Made by a program: the position numbers and the translations under genes | Notes under the pieces: model-generated | Database searches by the model: none | What the model was told of the DNA's origin: nothing | The model's input: the letters and a program-made list of their open reading frames with translations, nothing else | Part shown: positions 9,734-19,422 of the stretch, one piece after another | How the letters are laid out: every line of letters starts with the position of its first letter | Position numbering within the stretch: the first letter of the stretch is position 1 | Assembly (NCBI GenBank): GCA_041690135.1 | Contig: JAWLHY010000009.1 | Span: 256,001-320,000, forward strand | From: Armatimonadota bacterium | GTDB taxonomy: Bacteria > Armatimonadota > SYMT01 | Direction of reading: 5' to 3' | DNA: 64,000 nucleotides

Positions 9734-10294
9734 ATGCAGCGTGTCGAAACCTCTCTCCCAGGCGTCTACGTCCTGGAGCCCCGAGTCTTCCAGGACGCCC
9801 GGGGTTTCTTTCTTGAGACTTACCACCGGCAGAAGTTCGCGGAACTGGGCATCAAGGCCGATTTCGTGCAGGACAACCATTCCCGTTCTCAGCGGGGGAC
9901 GCTGCGCGGACTTCACTACCAGCTCCATCACCCGCAGGCAAAGCTCTGCCGGGTGGTTCTCGGTTCCGTACTCGACGTGGCCGTGGACATCCGGCGCAAC
10001 TCTCCCACCTTCGGGCGTTGGGTCGCGGTCGAATTGACAGCGGAGAACAAGCGACAGATCTTCATTCCCGCCGGCTTTGCCCACGGATTCGTCGTCCTGT
10101 CGGAGGCCGCCGAATTCCTCTACAAGTGCGACGAGTTCTATCATCCCGAGGACGAGCGGGGGATTGCCTGGAACTGTCCCACCCTGGGAATCGACTGGGG
10201 GATCCAGGAGCCGCTCCTGTCCGTGAAAGACCAGCGCAACCCCACCCTGGGCGACGTGGACCCGGACCAACTCCCTACCTATTTCCCCATGTAG
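9734..10294 (+). CDS. rfbC: dTDP-4-dehydrorhamnose 3,5-epimerase
   Basis: DARGFFLE, FVQDNHS.S..GTLRGLHYQ, DVAVDIR..SPTFG.W, GFAHGF, YKCD..Y. Confidence 0.97.
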   Translation: MQRVETSLPGVYVLEPRVFQDARGFFLETYHRQKFAELGIKADFVQDNHSRSQRGTLRGLHYQLHHPQAKLCRVVLGSVLDVAVDIRRNSPTFGRWVAVELTAENKRQIFIPAGFAHGFVVLSEAAEFLYKCDEFYHPEDERGIAWNCPTLGIDWGIQEPLLSVKDQRNPTLGDVDPDQLPTYFPM

Positions 10295-10364
10295 TTCCAA
10301 TTCTGGCGATGCCGACACAGGCTCTCTACGTAAGTAGTGATGAAGGTGGGAGGATCGTGCGACG

Positions 10365-11258
10365 ATGTTAGATTCGCTGGGACGGGAGCAAGAGGGCCGG
10401 ATCCGCTTCGGGATTGCCGCGGACCTGTACGTGCGCAACGTACTGGACCTGTGCGATGCCGCGCACGTCGCCGGCATGAGTCCCGAGGCCTTCGAGGAAC
10501 AACTGACCTCGAGCTTCCCGCGTACGACGGGAGTTTCGGCCGTGCTGGCGCCTCGCGACCCCGACACGCCCCTCCTGTCGGTCGTCATTCCCGTCTTCAA
10601 TGAGCGTCGCACCTTTCTGCAGTTGCTGGAAGCCGTTCGTGCCGTTCCGATTGCCAAAGAGATCATCATTGTCGATGACTGCTCGCTAGACGGCACGCGG
10701 GAAATGCTGCAGGAACAGGTGGACGGTAAGATCGCCGGCGTCCGCGTGGTTTACCAGAAGGTAAACCAGGGAAAGGGCGCGGCCCTTCGCCGCGGGTTTG
10801 CCGAAGCCCGGGGCGACATCGTCCTGGTTCAGGATGCGGACCTGGAATATGATCCGCGCGAGTACCCACAGCTCCTCGAGCCGATCCTGGAGGGGAAGGC
10901 GGATGTGGTTTACGGTTCTCGCTTTCAGGGTGGACCGCACCGGGTGCTCTACTTCTGGCACTCGGTGGGCAACCGCTTTCTTACCACCCTGTCGAATATG
11001 TTCACGGACCTGAACCTGACGGACATGGAAACCTGTTACAAGGTCTTCCGCCGGGAGGTCATCCAGCAGGTTCCCCTGCGCCAGAACCGCTTCGGCTTCG
11101 AGCCGGAGGTCACTGCCAAAGTCGCCCGGCGGGGCTGGCGCATCTACGAGGTGCCGATCAGCTACGCTGGCCGGAGCTACGCGGAAGGGAAGAAAATCGG
11201 CTGGAAGGATGGTTTCCAGGCGATCTGGTGCATTTTGCGGTACGCGCGCCTCGATTGA
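10365..11258 (+). CDS. Glycosyltransferase family 2 (DPM1-like) with an N-terminal UPF0175-like extension
   Basis: [57 protein letters not shown]. Confidence 0.93.
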   Translation: MLDSLGREQEGRIRFGIAADLYVRNVLDLCDAAHVAGMSPEAFEEQLTSSFPRTTGVSAVLAPRDPDTPLLSVVIPVFNERRTFLQLLEAVRAVPIAKEIIIVDDCSLDGTREMLQEQVDGKIAGVRVVYQKVNQGKGAALRRGFAEARGDIVLVQDADLEYDPREYPQLLEPILEGKADVVYGSRFQGGPHRVLYFWHSVGNRFLTTLSNMFTDLNLTDMETCYKVFRREVIQQVPLRQNRFGFEPEVTAKVARRGWRIYEVPISYAGRSYAEGKKIGWKDGFQAIWCILRYARLD

Positions 11259-11263
11259 TCCGT

Positions 11264-11295
11264 GTTCAGGCGATCAGGCATTCAGGCGATCAGCA
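11264..11295. repeat. Octamer tandem array (4 copies of about GTTCAGGC)
   Basis: gttcaggc-gatcaggc-attcaggc-gatcagca immediately after the GT2 stop. Confidence 0.7.
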
Positions 11296-11633
11296 CTTAG
11301 GCAACCAGATGTTCGGGCACTCCTGTAGGGCGTAAATGTTCGGGCACATTCTCAGAGGTGCTCGGTTCGTGAACTCGTCACGCCGCACGCCAGGGCCAAT
11401 GTAGGGCAGTAGCTCCGTCGCCGCCGCGTCATGAACACGTTTACCGTCATGACAACCGGTGGTCGTGCCGGGTACGGAAGTCACGGAAGCATTTGATCTC
11501 ACGTGCCGGGTGCAGGGTGCTGTACCGCCATCCCTCTCGCGTGCCGGTCGTCCGGACGGGTACGGATGCAGAGGCCGGCGGGCACGGAGTCTCCGACCTA
11601 CTTCTACGGGTGCTGCGGCAAGGCGAATTGCAG

Positions 11634-13646
11634 TTAGCGCAGCCATCCGCTCATGATCTGGGCGATGCCTCCCGGTGTTACCGATGGGTGCACATGGAGG
11701 TCTTTCTCTTTATCCAGAGCACGGTACACCTGGCGGGGCCACGCGTACGCCTGTTCGATCTCGGCTGGTGTCGCCGGGGTGCCGTCGAGCCGGAAAGGGG
11801 CGGCCACGGCCACCGGTCGGGGGGCAGCCAGTGCGGCCAGATGGGGGAGATCGCCGGCTTCCATCAGCCGGGGGCTGAAGAGACCCATCCGTACACTATC
11901 GGGGACGTGGCCACCCGTGAACGAAAGTGCGGGCTCGATGCCGGCGGAGCCTTGCAGGCGCGGGTCCAGGGCCGCGGTAAGGTAGGCCGCCAGCGCTCCC
12001 TCTCGCCAGCCGAGCACGGCAAACCGTTCGATTCCCCGTGGCTCCAACGCAGTCATCAGTTGCCGGAGGTCCAGCACCCACTGACCGAGGAGCGGACGAC
12101 CGATCCAGAGCGACCATTCTACGAGGTTGTGGTCCGGAATGGCGTCGCCCAGCGCCTGGCCGGGGAGAGTAAGCGATCCACAGCCCCTTAGCTCCAGGGC
12201 GCGCGTATGGATTCCCGCCTCGCGCAACGCCGCGGCAACAGGAGAGTTCAACGCCGCTTCTAAACCCGCCGGATGCAGCAGGAGCACCGCGGCCCTACCT
12301 CGTGCTTCACCGGTACCGCGAAGCGCCGCCGTCGGAATCCGGACGCCCTCTTCCGGTTCGAGTTCATCGATCGTGTAAGGTTCAGCCGGCCGGCCCTCAT
12401 GCAGGCGCGCTTTGCCCGGGCTTGGAGGGAGGGCCAGCACGTCCCGTAGTGTTCGCAACCGGCCGTCCCGCAGCTTTCCCCAGCCGTTCCTGGTCACTGG
12501 TTGCGAGGCGGCCTCCGCCAGCTCCTGACTGCGATTTCGCACCCAAGCCGCGGTGGTCATTACCTTCCCGGACCGGAACGGCGGGCTGTAACAGCGGAGA
12601 GCTTCCGGGTCCTCGGTCAGGATCGCCGGCTCAGGTGTGGGGGAGCCGTCCCCTTCTCCTTTCAACCACCGCCTCATCCAGCCGTACATCGCCTCCCGCA
12701 TTTCCTGGTTGTAGGCGTGCCCCGATTCGACAATCACGTGCCGCACCTTCGCATCCGTACCATGCGCGTGGAAGTAGGGACGGGCGCGGTCGAGCGCCTG
12801 GGCGGCGATCGTGGGGCCGAAGTGCGGGACGTCGCGACTCGCGGTGATGACCATCAGGGCCCGCGGCGCCACCATCCCCAGGAGATCGCCCTCTTCGGCA
12901 AAGGTGAGACCCCCCAGCAGCACTTCATCCACGCAGCAGGCCGCGGTGAGGTAAGAGGTGAAGGTGCCGACGCTGCACACCGGGACCGCGCACTGGATGC
13001 GTTCGTCGAAGGCACTGAGATACGTGGTCTGGTTCCCCCCGCCGCTGGCGCCGGTGCAGCCCAGGCGCTGCCCATCCACGTCCCGCCGAGACTGGAGGTA
13101 GTCCAGGGCACGGATGTTGTCGTACAACTGCAGGCCGTGCAGAGGAGTGCCGATGGGCCAGAGGCTAGCCCCTAGTAGGCCGCCGTGGTACTCGTTCTGA
13201 CCGATCTCCGTCCCCCGCTCCCCGGCGCCCCAGGCGTCGAGGGTCAGCGCCACGAAACCGAGCTTGGCCAGCCCGACGCAGCGGCTCTGGACGACCGGGT
13301 CGCGCCGGGCACCCGGCCAGTGACCATGCACGCACAGCACTGCCGGAAAGGGGGCTTTGCCGCGAGTAGGAACGTAACAGCTCGCCGTCGCGTAGCAGCC
13401 CACTCGGGTCTGGAAGATCAGCTTTTCGATCCGGTACCCATCCCGTTCCAGGGTGCCTAACACCTCCGGTTGCAAAGGCGCCTTCTCCGCCGGCCAGGTG
13501 CCCTCTGCGACCAGGATGCGGGCGCGGATCTCGGCCCCCCGTCGCGAGGCCTCCTGGGTGGAACGAGGGGCAGGATCACTTTCGCGCAGGGCGCGGGCGG
13601 CGTCGAGGTACCAGTTCTTCAGGCGGTCAACAGCAGTGGCTTCCAT
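11634..13646 (-). CDS. Two-domain alpha/beta hydrolase (acetylxylan esterase / Abhydrolase_7-like)
   Basis: PAVLCVHGH, nucleophile elbow GASGG, LLGMVAPR, GHAY. The second hydrolase-like domain has a degenerate elbow (GWREGA). Confidence 0.85.
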   Translation of the reverse strand: MEATAVDRLKNWYLDAARALRESDPAPRSTQEASRRGAEIRARILVAEGTWPAEKAPLQPEVLGTLERDGYRIEKLIFQTRVGCYATASCYVPTRGKAPFPAVLCVHGHWPGARRDPVVQSRCVGLAKLGFVALTLDAWGAGERGTEIGQNEYHGGLLGASLWPIGTPLHGLQLYDNIRALDYLQSRRDVDGQRLGCTGASGGGNQTTYLSAFDERIQCAVPVCSVGTFTSYLTAACCVDEVLLGGLTFAEEGDLLGMVAPRALMVITASRDVPHFGPTIAAQALDRARPYFHAHGTDAKVRHVIVESGHAYNQEMREAMYGWMRRWLKGEGDGSPTPEPAILTEDPEALRCYSPPFRSGKVMTTAAWVRNRSQELAEAASQPVTRNGWGKLRDGRLRTLRDVLALPPSPGKARLHEGRPAEPYTIDELEPEEGVRIPTAALRGTGEARGRAAVLLLHPAGLEAALNSPVAAALREAGIHTRALELRGCGSLTLPGQALGDAIPDHNLVEWSLWIGRPLLGQWVLDLRQLMTALEPRGIERFAVLGWREGALAAYLTAALDPRLQGSAGIEPALSFTGGHVPDSVRMGLFSPRLMEAGDLPHLAALAAPRPVAVAAPFRLDGTPATPAEIEQAYAWPRQVYRALDKEKDLHVHPSVTPGGIAQIMSGWLR

Positions 13647-13757
13647 ATCGGTGACTCAAATGGGGTGAAGGCAGCGAGTCAGGGTTCGGCGGAGGGTGCC
13701 ATGCACGTACTTGCGCGCCGGTAGAGGGCGGAGAAAGCGGATTTGGGATCATCCAGA

Positions 13758-13772
13758 GGGACCGACGGTCCC
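13758..13772 (-). promoter_or_regulatory. Candidate bacterial SECIS hairpin
   Basis: GGGACC-GTC-GGTCCC stem-loop starting exactly 11 nt after the UGA at 13786-13784; the loop begins with GU. Confidence 0.45.
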
Positions 13773-13774
13773 AG

Positions 13775-14323
13775 CTATCGACATCAGCCACCCTTGAGCT
13801 TGATCGGCTTGGGAAACCGGTTCTCGACCCGGTATTCCTCGGCCGGGAACCCGAGGTTACGGCAGACGGTGAGGAACTGCGGCAGCTTCGCACGGCGCGG
13901 GTCGTAATCCACTACCGCCAGTCCGATGCGGGCATCGACCACGGCTGACTGAACCCCGGGGACCTGGCAGAGGGCGCTGGAAACCGACTGGGCGTTGGCA
14001 GTTGTCTCAAGGTCGGAGATTTCCAGCGCAACCTTCTCAACTCGCGTGGACTGAGGTTTTCCTGCCGATAGTTTTGTTGCCGGAGTACGGACCGTACGGG
14101 ATGCAGGTCTGTTCCTCTTTGCCGGCTTGCGTGTTGCCGCGCTCGCATCGGGCGTTCTTCCGGCGCCCAGGCTACCGGCAGTAATCACGAGAGCCAGGCA
14201 AACTTGATGGTACTGTACCCAAACGCGGCGGGTTCTTTTCACTTGCGCCACACTATCTCGCCTTTCCGCTCCTTCGGTAGGTGACACTCTCCCCACCAGC
14301 AAGTTTCGGGCGAATCCTCGCAC
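13775..14323 (-). CDS. Secreted heavy-metal-associated (HMA) fold protein lacking CxxC; possible selenoprotein (...KGG-U-C-R*). The plain ORF ends at TGA 13784
   Basis: HMA pattern ..V..AL..VPGV..A.VD....A.V.YD....GF. The stop TGA is followed in frame by TGT CGA TAG. Start codon is uncertain. Confidence 0.7.
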
Positions 14324-14347
14324 CGCCCAGAGTGAGGCGAGGGCGTT

Positions 14348-15646
14348 CTACATCGCCGTGTGCGGCCCGCGTGCCAGCGCCTCGCGCAAAGCATTGCTCC
14401 GACGCGTGCAGTGGATTTGCCAGTCCGACGAAGATTTGCCGCCAGCCGGTTTGAGCTCGAAGAACTGGGGTCGCTTGAGGACTTCCGTCAGCCGGTGTTG
14501 GAGGGCGTAGTGTGCATAGAGGCCGAGGGTCACATCCGCCGGGGCCGACAGTTCGCGTTCGGTGAGAGCGCAGCCGATGGTTGCCAGGCAGATCGCTACC
14601 TGACCCTGATATTCGACGTTGAGCGCTCCTTCGATGCCCTGCCAGCCCAGGTGGCCGAACATGGCCCAGAAGCCGAGTTGTGACAGGGCCATTTGCTTTA
14701 CGGCGCTCAACAGCAGCCGGCCCTGGCTTTTTCGGAGCGACTGGGCGAGGGCGGTCCAGAGGTCTTTCCGCACCGCCTCGAACTCCGCGCGCGCGATCCG
14801 GTAGCCATCCGCCATCGCGGGGTCAGCGACCGGGGCGGTCCCGCTCCCGCCTTCCAGCCCCAGCAGTTGGCCCAACCGGAGCAGGCGCTGCTCGGCGGCG
14901 TCCGTGGCCAGGGCGCGGAACTGAAGCGCCTGCACCACCGGCTCGTCGGCGTAAACGGTGAGCCCATCGTAGCCAAGGGCACGGGTAATGGAAGTGAAGT
15001 GCCGGTAAGCGGGGTGAGAGGCGATCTTGTCCGCCGCCTCGCTGATCGGCGCCAGGCCCGGCACGTCGCGGAGGTGCTTCGCTTCGATCCGGATGTTGGA
15101 GGGGCTCCGTGGCCCGACCTGGACGCGGACTCCCGGTAGTTCGACAGTTACGCCGCGATCAGCAAGCCACTCCGCCTGTTTGGCGATAGGGTCCCAGGCG
15201 TTCGTATCCGGCCCCAGGTGTGGTCGCGTGGCCAGTTCCAGAAAGGCATCGCGGTAGAGGTCGCGCCGGCGGTTCCGATCTCGGAGGGTGAGGGGACGCG
15301 GACCGTAGAGCCGGAAAGCGTTCGCCGGGCGGTGGATGGCCGTCGGCACCCGGAGGGTAATGAACGCTCCGCGGTTGTCTTTGATCCGGATGCTGCCCAC
15401 TTCATCCCGGACACCGCTAAGGAGGCGGAGGCTTTCCGGGCTCGCCGTCAGAACGGACGCTTCCTTGGCCGGAGGCGCGGGGTCCCCAGGGCTGGAAGCC
15501 TTCTCCGACTCCTCGCTGCGGGCAGTGGTCTCGGCGGGTTGCGTCAGCGCCGGCGTGGTGGGTGAAGTGGGTTCAATTTGAGCCTGCGCGGCGGCCGGTC
15601 CGGCCACCGCGAGTGCGATCGCATAGATCCAGAAATAACGACTCAT
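14348..15646 (-). CDS. Hypothetical secreted protein
   Basis: ATG at 15646 follows GGGAGGGA. Signal peptide MSRYFWIYAIALAVAGPAAA, then a Pro/Thr-rich linker and a helical domain. Confidence 0.75.
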   Translation of the reverse strand: MSRYFWIYAIALAVAGPAAAQAQIEPTSPTTPALTQPAETTARSEESEKASSPGDPAPPAKEASVLTASPESLRLLSGVRDEVGSIRIKDNRGAFITLRVPTAIHRPANAFRLYGPRPLTLRDRNRRRDLYRDAFLELATRPHLGPDTNAWDPIAKQAEWLADRGVTVELPGVRVQVGPRSPSNIRIEAKHLRDVPGLAPISEAADKIASHPAYRHFTSITRALGYDGLTVYADEPVVQALQFRALATDAAEQRLLRLGQLLGLEGGSGTAPVADPAMADGYRIARAEFEAVRKDLWTALAQSLRKSQGRLLLSAVKQMALSQLGFWAMFGHLGWQGIEGALNVEYQGQVAICLATIGCALTERELSAPADVTLGLYAHYALQHRLTEVLKRPQFFELKPAGGKSSSDWQIHCTRRSNALREALARGPHTAM

Positions 15647-15945
15647 CGATTCCCTCCCGGCACGACGGCTTGCGTCTGCTGTTGCTCCCTGAATTCTACC
15701 CCGGTTGCCGTCTGGATTCCGACGCGGCGTCGGAGACCGCATCAACTACCTACCGGAGGACTGCACCCTGATGAAGGACGACGAACCCTAGTGGCGCGCT
15801 CGCTGCCCAATGCCAACTTGCCTCTCTTATGTACGAGTGAAGGACCTTCTGTTGAGGGCGGCCAACGAATCGGCAAAGGTCGGGAAGACCGTACCCAGGG
15901 CTAGCCATGCTGCGAAGTTGCCCAGGGGAAACCAATTGGAGGTCA

Positions 15946-16434
15946 ATGATGACCTATGTGAGCGTCGGAGCGAGCTCTCGCGTAGTCGGCTATGTCGTCG
16001 CCGTTGTTGTTGCTGGTCTTGTAATTGTTGGTGCTTGGAATCAGGAAAGCATCTCCTACTACTTGAAGATGCGGGCCTGGGATCCCAATGCTCCCGGTCG
16101 GACCGTGCTCGAGTTCTTGCGCGCCGGCAAGCGCGGCGATCAAGATGCCGCCACCAGGCTCCTGGGTACCCAGGAACTTAAACCCCTTATCACTCGGGGG
16201 AAATGGACGGGATACTCGCTGACCACCCTGGCGGGCACGCTGGAATACGTGATGAGCGATCTCACCCCCGCCTCCGAGCCGAAGAGCCCCAAAACGGAAT
16301 TCGTCTACCGGGGGGACGGGGCGGCCATCGTGACCGTGCCAGATCGATCCGGCACGGAAGTAACCTACCGATTGCTGATTGCTGGTGGTGGTTGGAAAAT
16401 TGCCGAGATCCGTGGCGGCCGGGTCGCACGCTAG
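15946..16434 (+). CDS. Hypothetical membrane-anchored protein
   Basis: GGAGG precedes ATG 15946. N-terminal TM helix; ends in GGWKI. First gene of a tightly spaced operon. Confidence 0.75.
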   Translation: MMTYVSVGASSRVVGYVVAVVVAGLVIVGAWNQESISYYLKMRAWDPNAPGRTVLEFLRAGKRGDQDAATRLLGTQELKPLITRGKWTGYSLTTLAGTLEYVMSDLTPASEPKSPKTEFVYRGDGAAIVTVPDRSGTEVTYRLLIAGGGWKIAEIRGGRVAR

Positions 16435-16444
16435 AGGGTAGCTT

Positions 16445-17692
16445 ATGCTGCGGTCCAACCACCGGTGGCTCTGGCCCCTCTTTGGGTCCCTGCTAGCAGT
16501 CCTGGTTGTGAGTACGCTTTTTCGGGTGGTAAAGGCCGGCGCCGAGGCACGCCTGCGTGCCTTGAGTGCAACGGAATTGGAAGCCCGCCTGCGCGCCACC
16601 CCGGAGAACTCCGCGCTCCGGTACGCTCTTGGCCAGGCATATGCGCGCGCAAACCGGCATAACGACGCCGCTCGCGAGTTCATCGCGGTTCTAAAGCGGG
16701 AACCCGCCCGCCCGGACGTCCTGAACGACCTCGGCGCAAGTTACCTCTTGCAGGAGCGCTTCTACGAGGCACTGGTAGCTCTTCAGGCTGCAGTGATTGC
16801 CCAGCCTGATTATGCTCTCGCTCACGCGAACCTGGGCCGTCTTCACCTGGCAACCGAAATGCCTTTCACGGCGGTCCAGGATCTCGAGCGGGCTCACAGG
16901 CAACAGCCGAGGAATATATCGATCTCGTACGATCTCGGTGAGGCGTATCAGCAGACACTCAACTTCCGTTCAGCGGAACGAGCCTACCTCCAGGCCTTGC
17001 GCCTGGACCCTACTTACACACCGGCAAGGGTGGGTTTGGGACGGGTCCTCTTCAGCCTGACCCGATACGACGAAGCGAGTCGGCAACTGGAACTCGCACT
17101 CCAGGCCGACCCACGAAACGCATCCGCCCTGCTGGCACTTGCACGTGTCCGGATGGAACAGAACAACACTCACGATGGTTGGGAAGACGCGCTCACGCTC
17201 CTGGTGAAGGCGGCGGAGGCTGACTCGCAGATGCCGGAAGTCCACTACGAACTCGGAAGAGTCTCACTGCGACGGGGCGATGCCGGAGCGGCCATAGAGT
17301 ACTTGAAGAAGGCGCTTCTCCTGTCGCCAGATCATCCCGGTGCCATGCAGCAGATGGGGCGGGCATTGCGATTGGCAGGGCGAACGGCGGATGCCCGCCG
17401 CCTGGAAGCACAGTTGCGGCACGAGGCGCTACGTAGTCGCGAAGAGGCTCGCCTGGAAGAACGCGTCCACCAGTTCCCAGAGGATTGGGAAGCCAAAGCC
17501 GAACTCTGTTCGCTCTATCTTGAGACCGGTAAGACAGGGTTGGCGGCGCTACTACTTCGCGAGCTGGAGCAAGGTGCTCCCGCACTCCGCCAGTTGCCAA
17601 GCCTTCAGACAAGCCTCCGGCAGCAGCTAGGCAGCCGGAAACGGTCACCGCTACCCACTCCGGCACAGGCGTCGAACGGAGGCCCCCATTGA
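16445..17692 (+). CDS. Tetratricopeptide repeat protein with N-terminal TM anchor
   Basis: Repeated LG..Y....A......AL..DP TPR units. Confidence 0.88.
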   Translation: MLRSNHRWLWPLFGSLLAVLVVSTLFRVVKAGAEARLRALSATELEARLRATPENSALRYALGQAYARANRHNDAAREFIAVLKREPARPDVLNDLGASYLLQERFYEALVALQAAVIAQPDYALAHANLGRLHLATEMPFTAVQDLERAHRQQPRNISISYDLGEAYQQTLNFRSAERAYLQALRLDPTYTPARVGLGRVLFSLTRYDEASRQLELALQADPRNASALLALARVRMEQNNTHDGWEDALTLLVKAAEADSQMPEVHYELGRVSLRRGDAGAAIEYLKKALLLSPDHPGAMQQMGRALRLAGRTADARRLEAQLRHEALRSREEARLEERVHQFPEDWEAKAELCSLYLETGKTGLAALLLRELEQGAPALRQLPSLQTSLRQQLGSRKRSPLPTPAQASNGGPH

Positions 17693-19422
17693 TCCTGGCT
17701 TCTTACCGGGTTTGGGCCACGTCTTCTCGTGCGTGGTTGGCGATAGGTTCCCTGGTGTCGATCGGGTTGCACTCCGGGTGCGTACCGCCGCGCTCTACTC
17801 CCGCTTCCACGATCACTGCGTCGGCCAGGGGTCCCGCGCTGTTAGAGGAGGTCGCACCCGCAAGGGGCCTGGAGTTTCGCCACGAGGCTAGCGACCGCGC
17901 GCCACTCACCATTGTGGAGACAATGGGAAGTGGCTGCGCCTTCCTGGACTACAACAACGACGGTTGGCAAGACATCTTGCTAGTAAACGCTGGGCAGGAT
18001 TTCCGGCAATCGCGGCAAATGCCCAATACCCGCCTGTTCCGCAATGATCAGGGGACTTTCACGGACTTTACCTCGGAGGCGGGCCTCTCGATTGACTTTT
18101 ACGGAATGGGTTGCTGTGCGGGCGACTTCGACAACGATGGCTGGACAGATCTGTTCTTAACGGGTTTCGGGCGAAACGCACTGCTGCGGAATACGGGAAA
18201 GGGCAGCTTTCAGGATGTCACTTCGGCCTCTGGAATCTCGGCGGCTACGCACTCCTGGGGGACGGGTTGTGCATTCGTGGATATAGACCGCGATGGCTGG
18301 CTCGATCTCTACGTCGCGAATTACATTATTTATGATCCCGACCTGCCGCTGTGCCGTTCCGGGTCGGTGATGACCGGTTGCACGCCCAATCAGTATCGAA
18401 CACAGCGGAATCTTCTCTACCTCAACGAACGGGGATCGCGGTTCAGGGAATGCGCCGAGTCGCGGGGAGCGGATGATCCGTCCGGTGCGGGGCTGGGAGT
18501 TACTGTTGCCGACTTCGATGACGATGGTTGGCCGGATATCTTCGTGGCCAATGATGGAACCCCCAATGCACTCCTCCACAACCTTCGAGGCCGTTTTCGC
18601 AACGAAGGACAGTCCAGTGGGGTTGCATTTGCGGAGACGGGGGCCATGCGGGCCGGAATGGGTTGTGATGCAGCCGACTACGACGGGGATGGGCGAATTG
18701 ACCTCATCATCACCAACTTCCAGCACGAGCCTAACTCCCTTTACCGAAACCTGGGGAGGCTCTCCTTCGAGGAGACAACCGGCCCCGCCGGAATCACCAC
18801 CCCCAGCATCATGCGCCTAGGCTTCGGAGTTTCCTTTGCTGACCTGGATGGGGACGGCCGCGCTGATCTTTACGTTGGAAACGGGCATGTCTTCGACAAC
18901 GTCAAGGAGTTTGACGACACAGCCAGTTTCGAGCAGACGGATCAAGTATTTCTGAACGTCGCAGGCCAGCGTTATGCGGAGCAACTGCCACGCTCCGGCG
19001 CCATCCCGGCAGTCTCCTCTGTATCCCGCGGATTGGCCGTGGGTGATTACAACAACGACGGCGCACCGGATGTGCTGGTAAACTCGCTCGAACGGCACGT
19101 TCGCTTGCTGGAGAATCGGACGGGCAATACCGGAGGGTGGCTGGGGCTCAATCTCGTGGGGACTCGATCCAATCGCAGCGCCGTCGGAACGCGAGTCGAA
19201 CTGCACGGTGCAGGCGTGATGCAGGTTCGGGAAGTCCGGAGTGGCGGTAGTTACCTGTCTCAGTCGGATTTCCGACCGCTCTTCAGGTTCGAAAGCGCGA
19301 TCGAGCCGGCCCAGATCACTCTGAAGATTCGGTGGCCAACGGGTCGCTGGCAATCGGTAAAGCCTGAGGGAACAGGGCGCTATCTCACGATTAAGGAGCC
19401 AGAGTTCCGTGACGAGGAGTAG
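17689..19422 (+). CDS. CRTAC1 family protein (FG-GAP/VCBS repeats + ASPIC/UnbV), probable lipoprotein
   Basis: Multiple D.D.DG..D Ca-binding repeats (DYNNDGWQD, DFDNDGWTD), SGGSYLSQSD and IRWPTG; lipobox-like HSGC. Confidence 0.92.
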   Translation: MILASYRVWATSSRAWLAIGSLVSIGLHSGCVPPRSTPASTITASARGPALLEEVAPARGLEFRHEASDRAPLTIVETMGSGCAFLDYNNDGWQDILLVNAGQDFRQSRQMPNTRLFRNDQGTFTDFTSEAGLSIDFYGMGCCAGDFDNDGWTDLFLTGFGRNALLRNTGKGSFQDVTSASGISAATHSWGTGCAFVDIDRDGWLDLYVANYIIYDPDLPLCRSGSVMTGCTPNQYRTQRNLLYLNERGSRFRECAESRGADDPSGAGLGVTVADFDDDGWPDIFVANDGTPNALLHNLRGRFRNEGQSSGVAFAETGAMRAGMGCDAADYDGDGRIDLIITNFQHEPNSLYRNLGRLSFEETTGPAGITTPSIMRLGFGVSFADLDGDGRADLYVGNGHVFDNVKEFDDTASFEQTDQVFLNVAGQRYAEQLPRSGAIPAVSSVSRGLAVGDYNNDGAPDVLVNSLERHVRLLENRTGNTGGWLGLNLVGTRSNRSAVGTRVELHGAGVMQVREVRSGGSYLSQSDFRPLFRFESAIEPAQITLKIRWPTGRWQSVKPEGTGRYLTIKEPEFRDEE

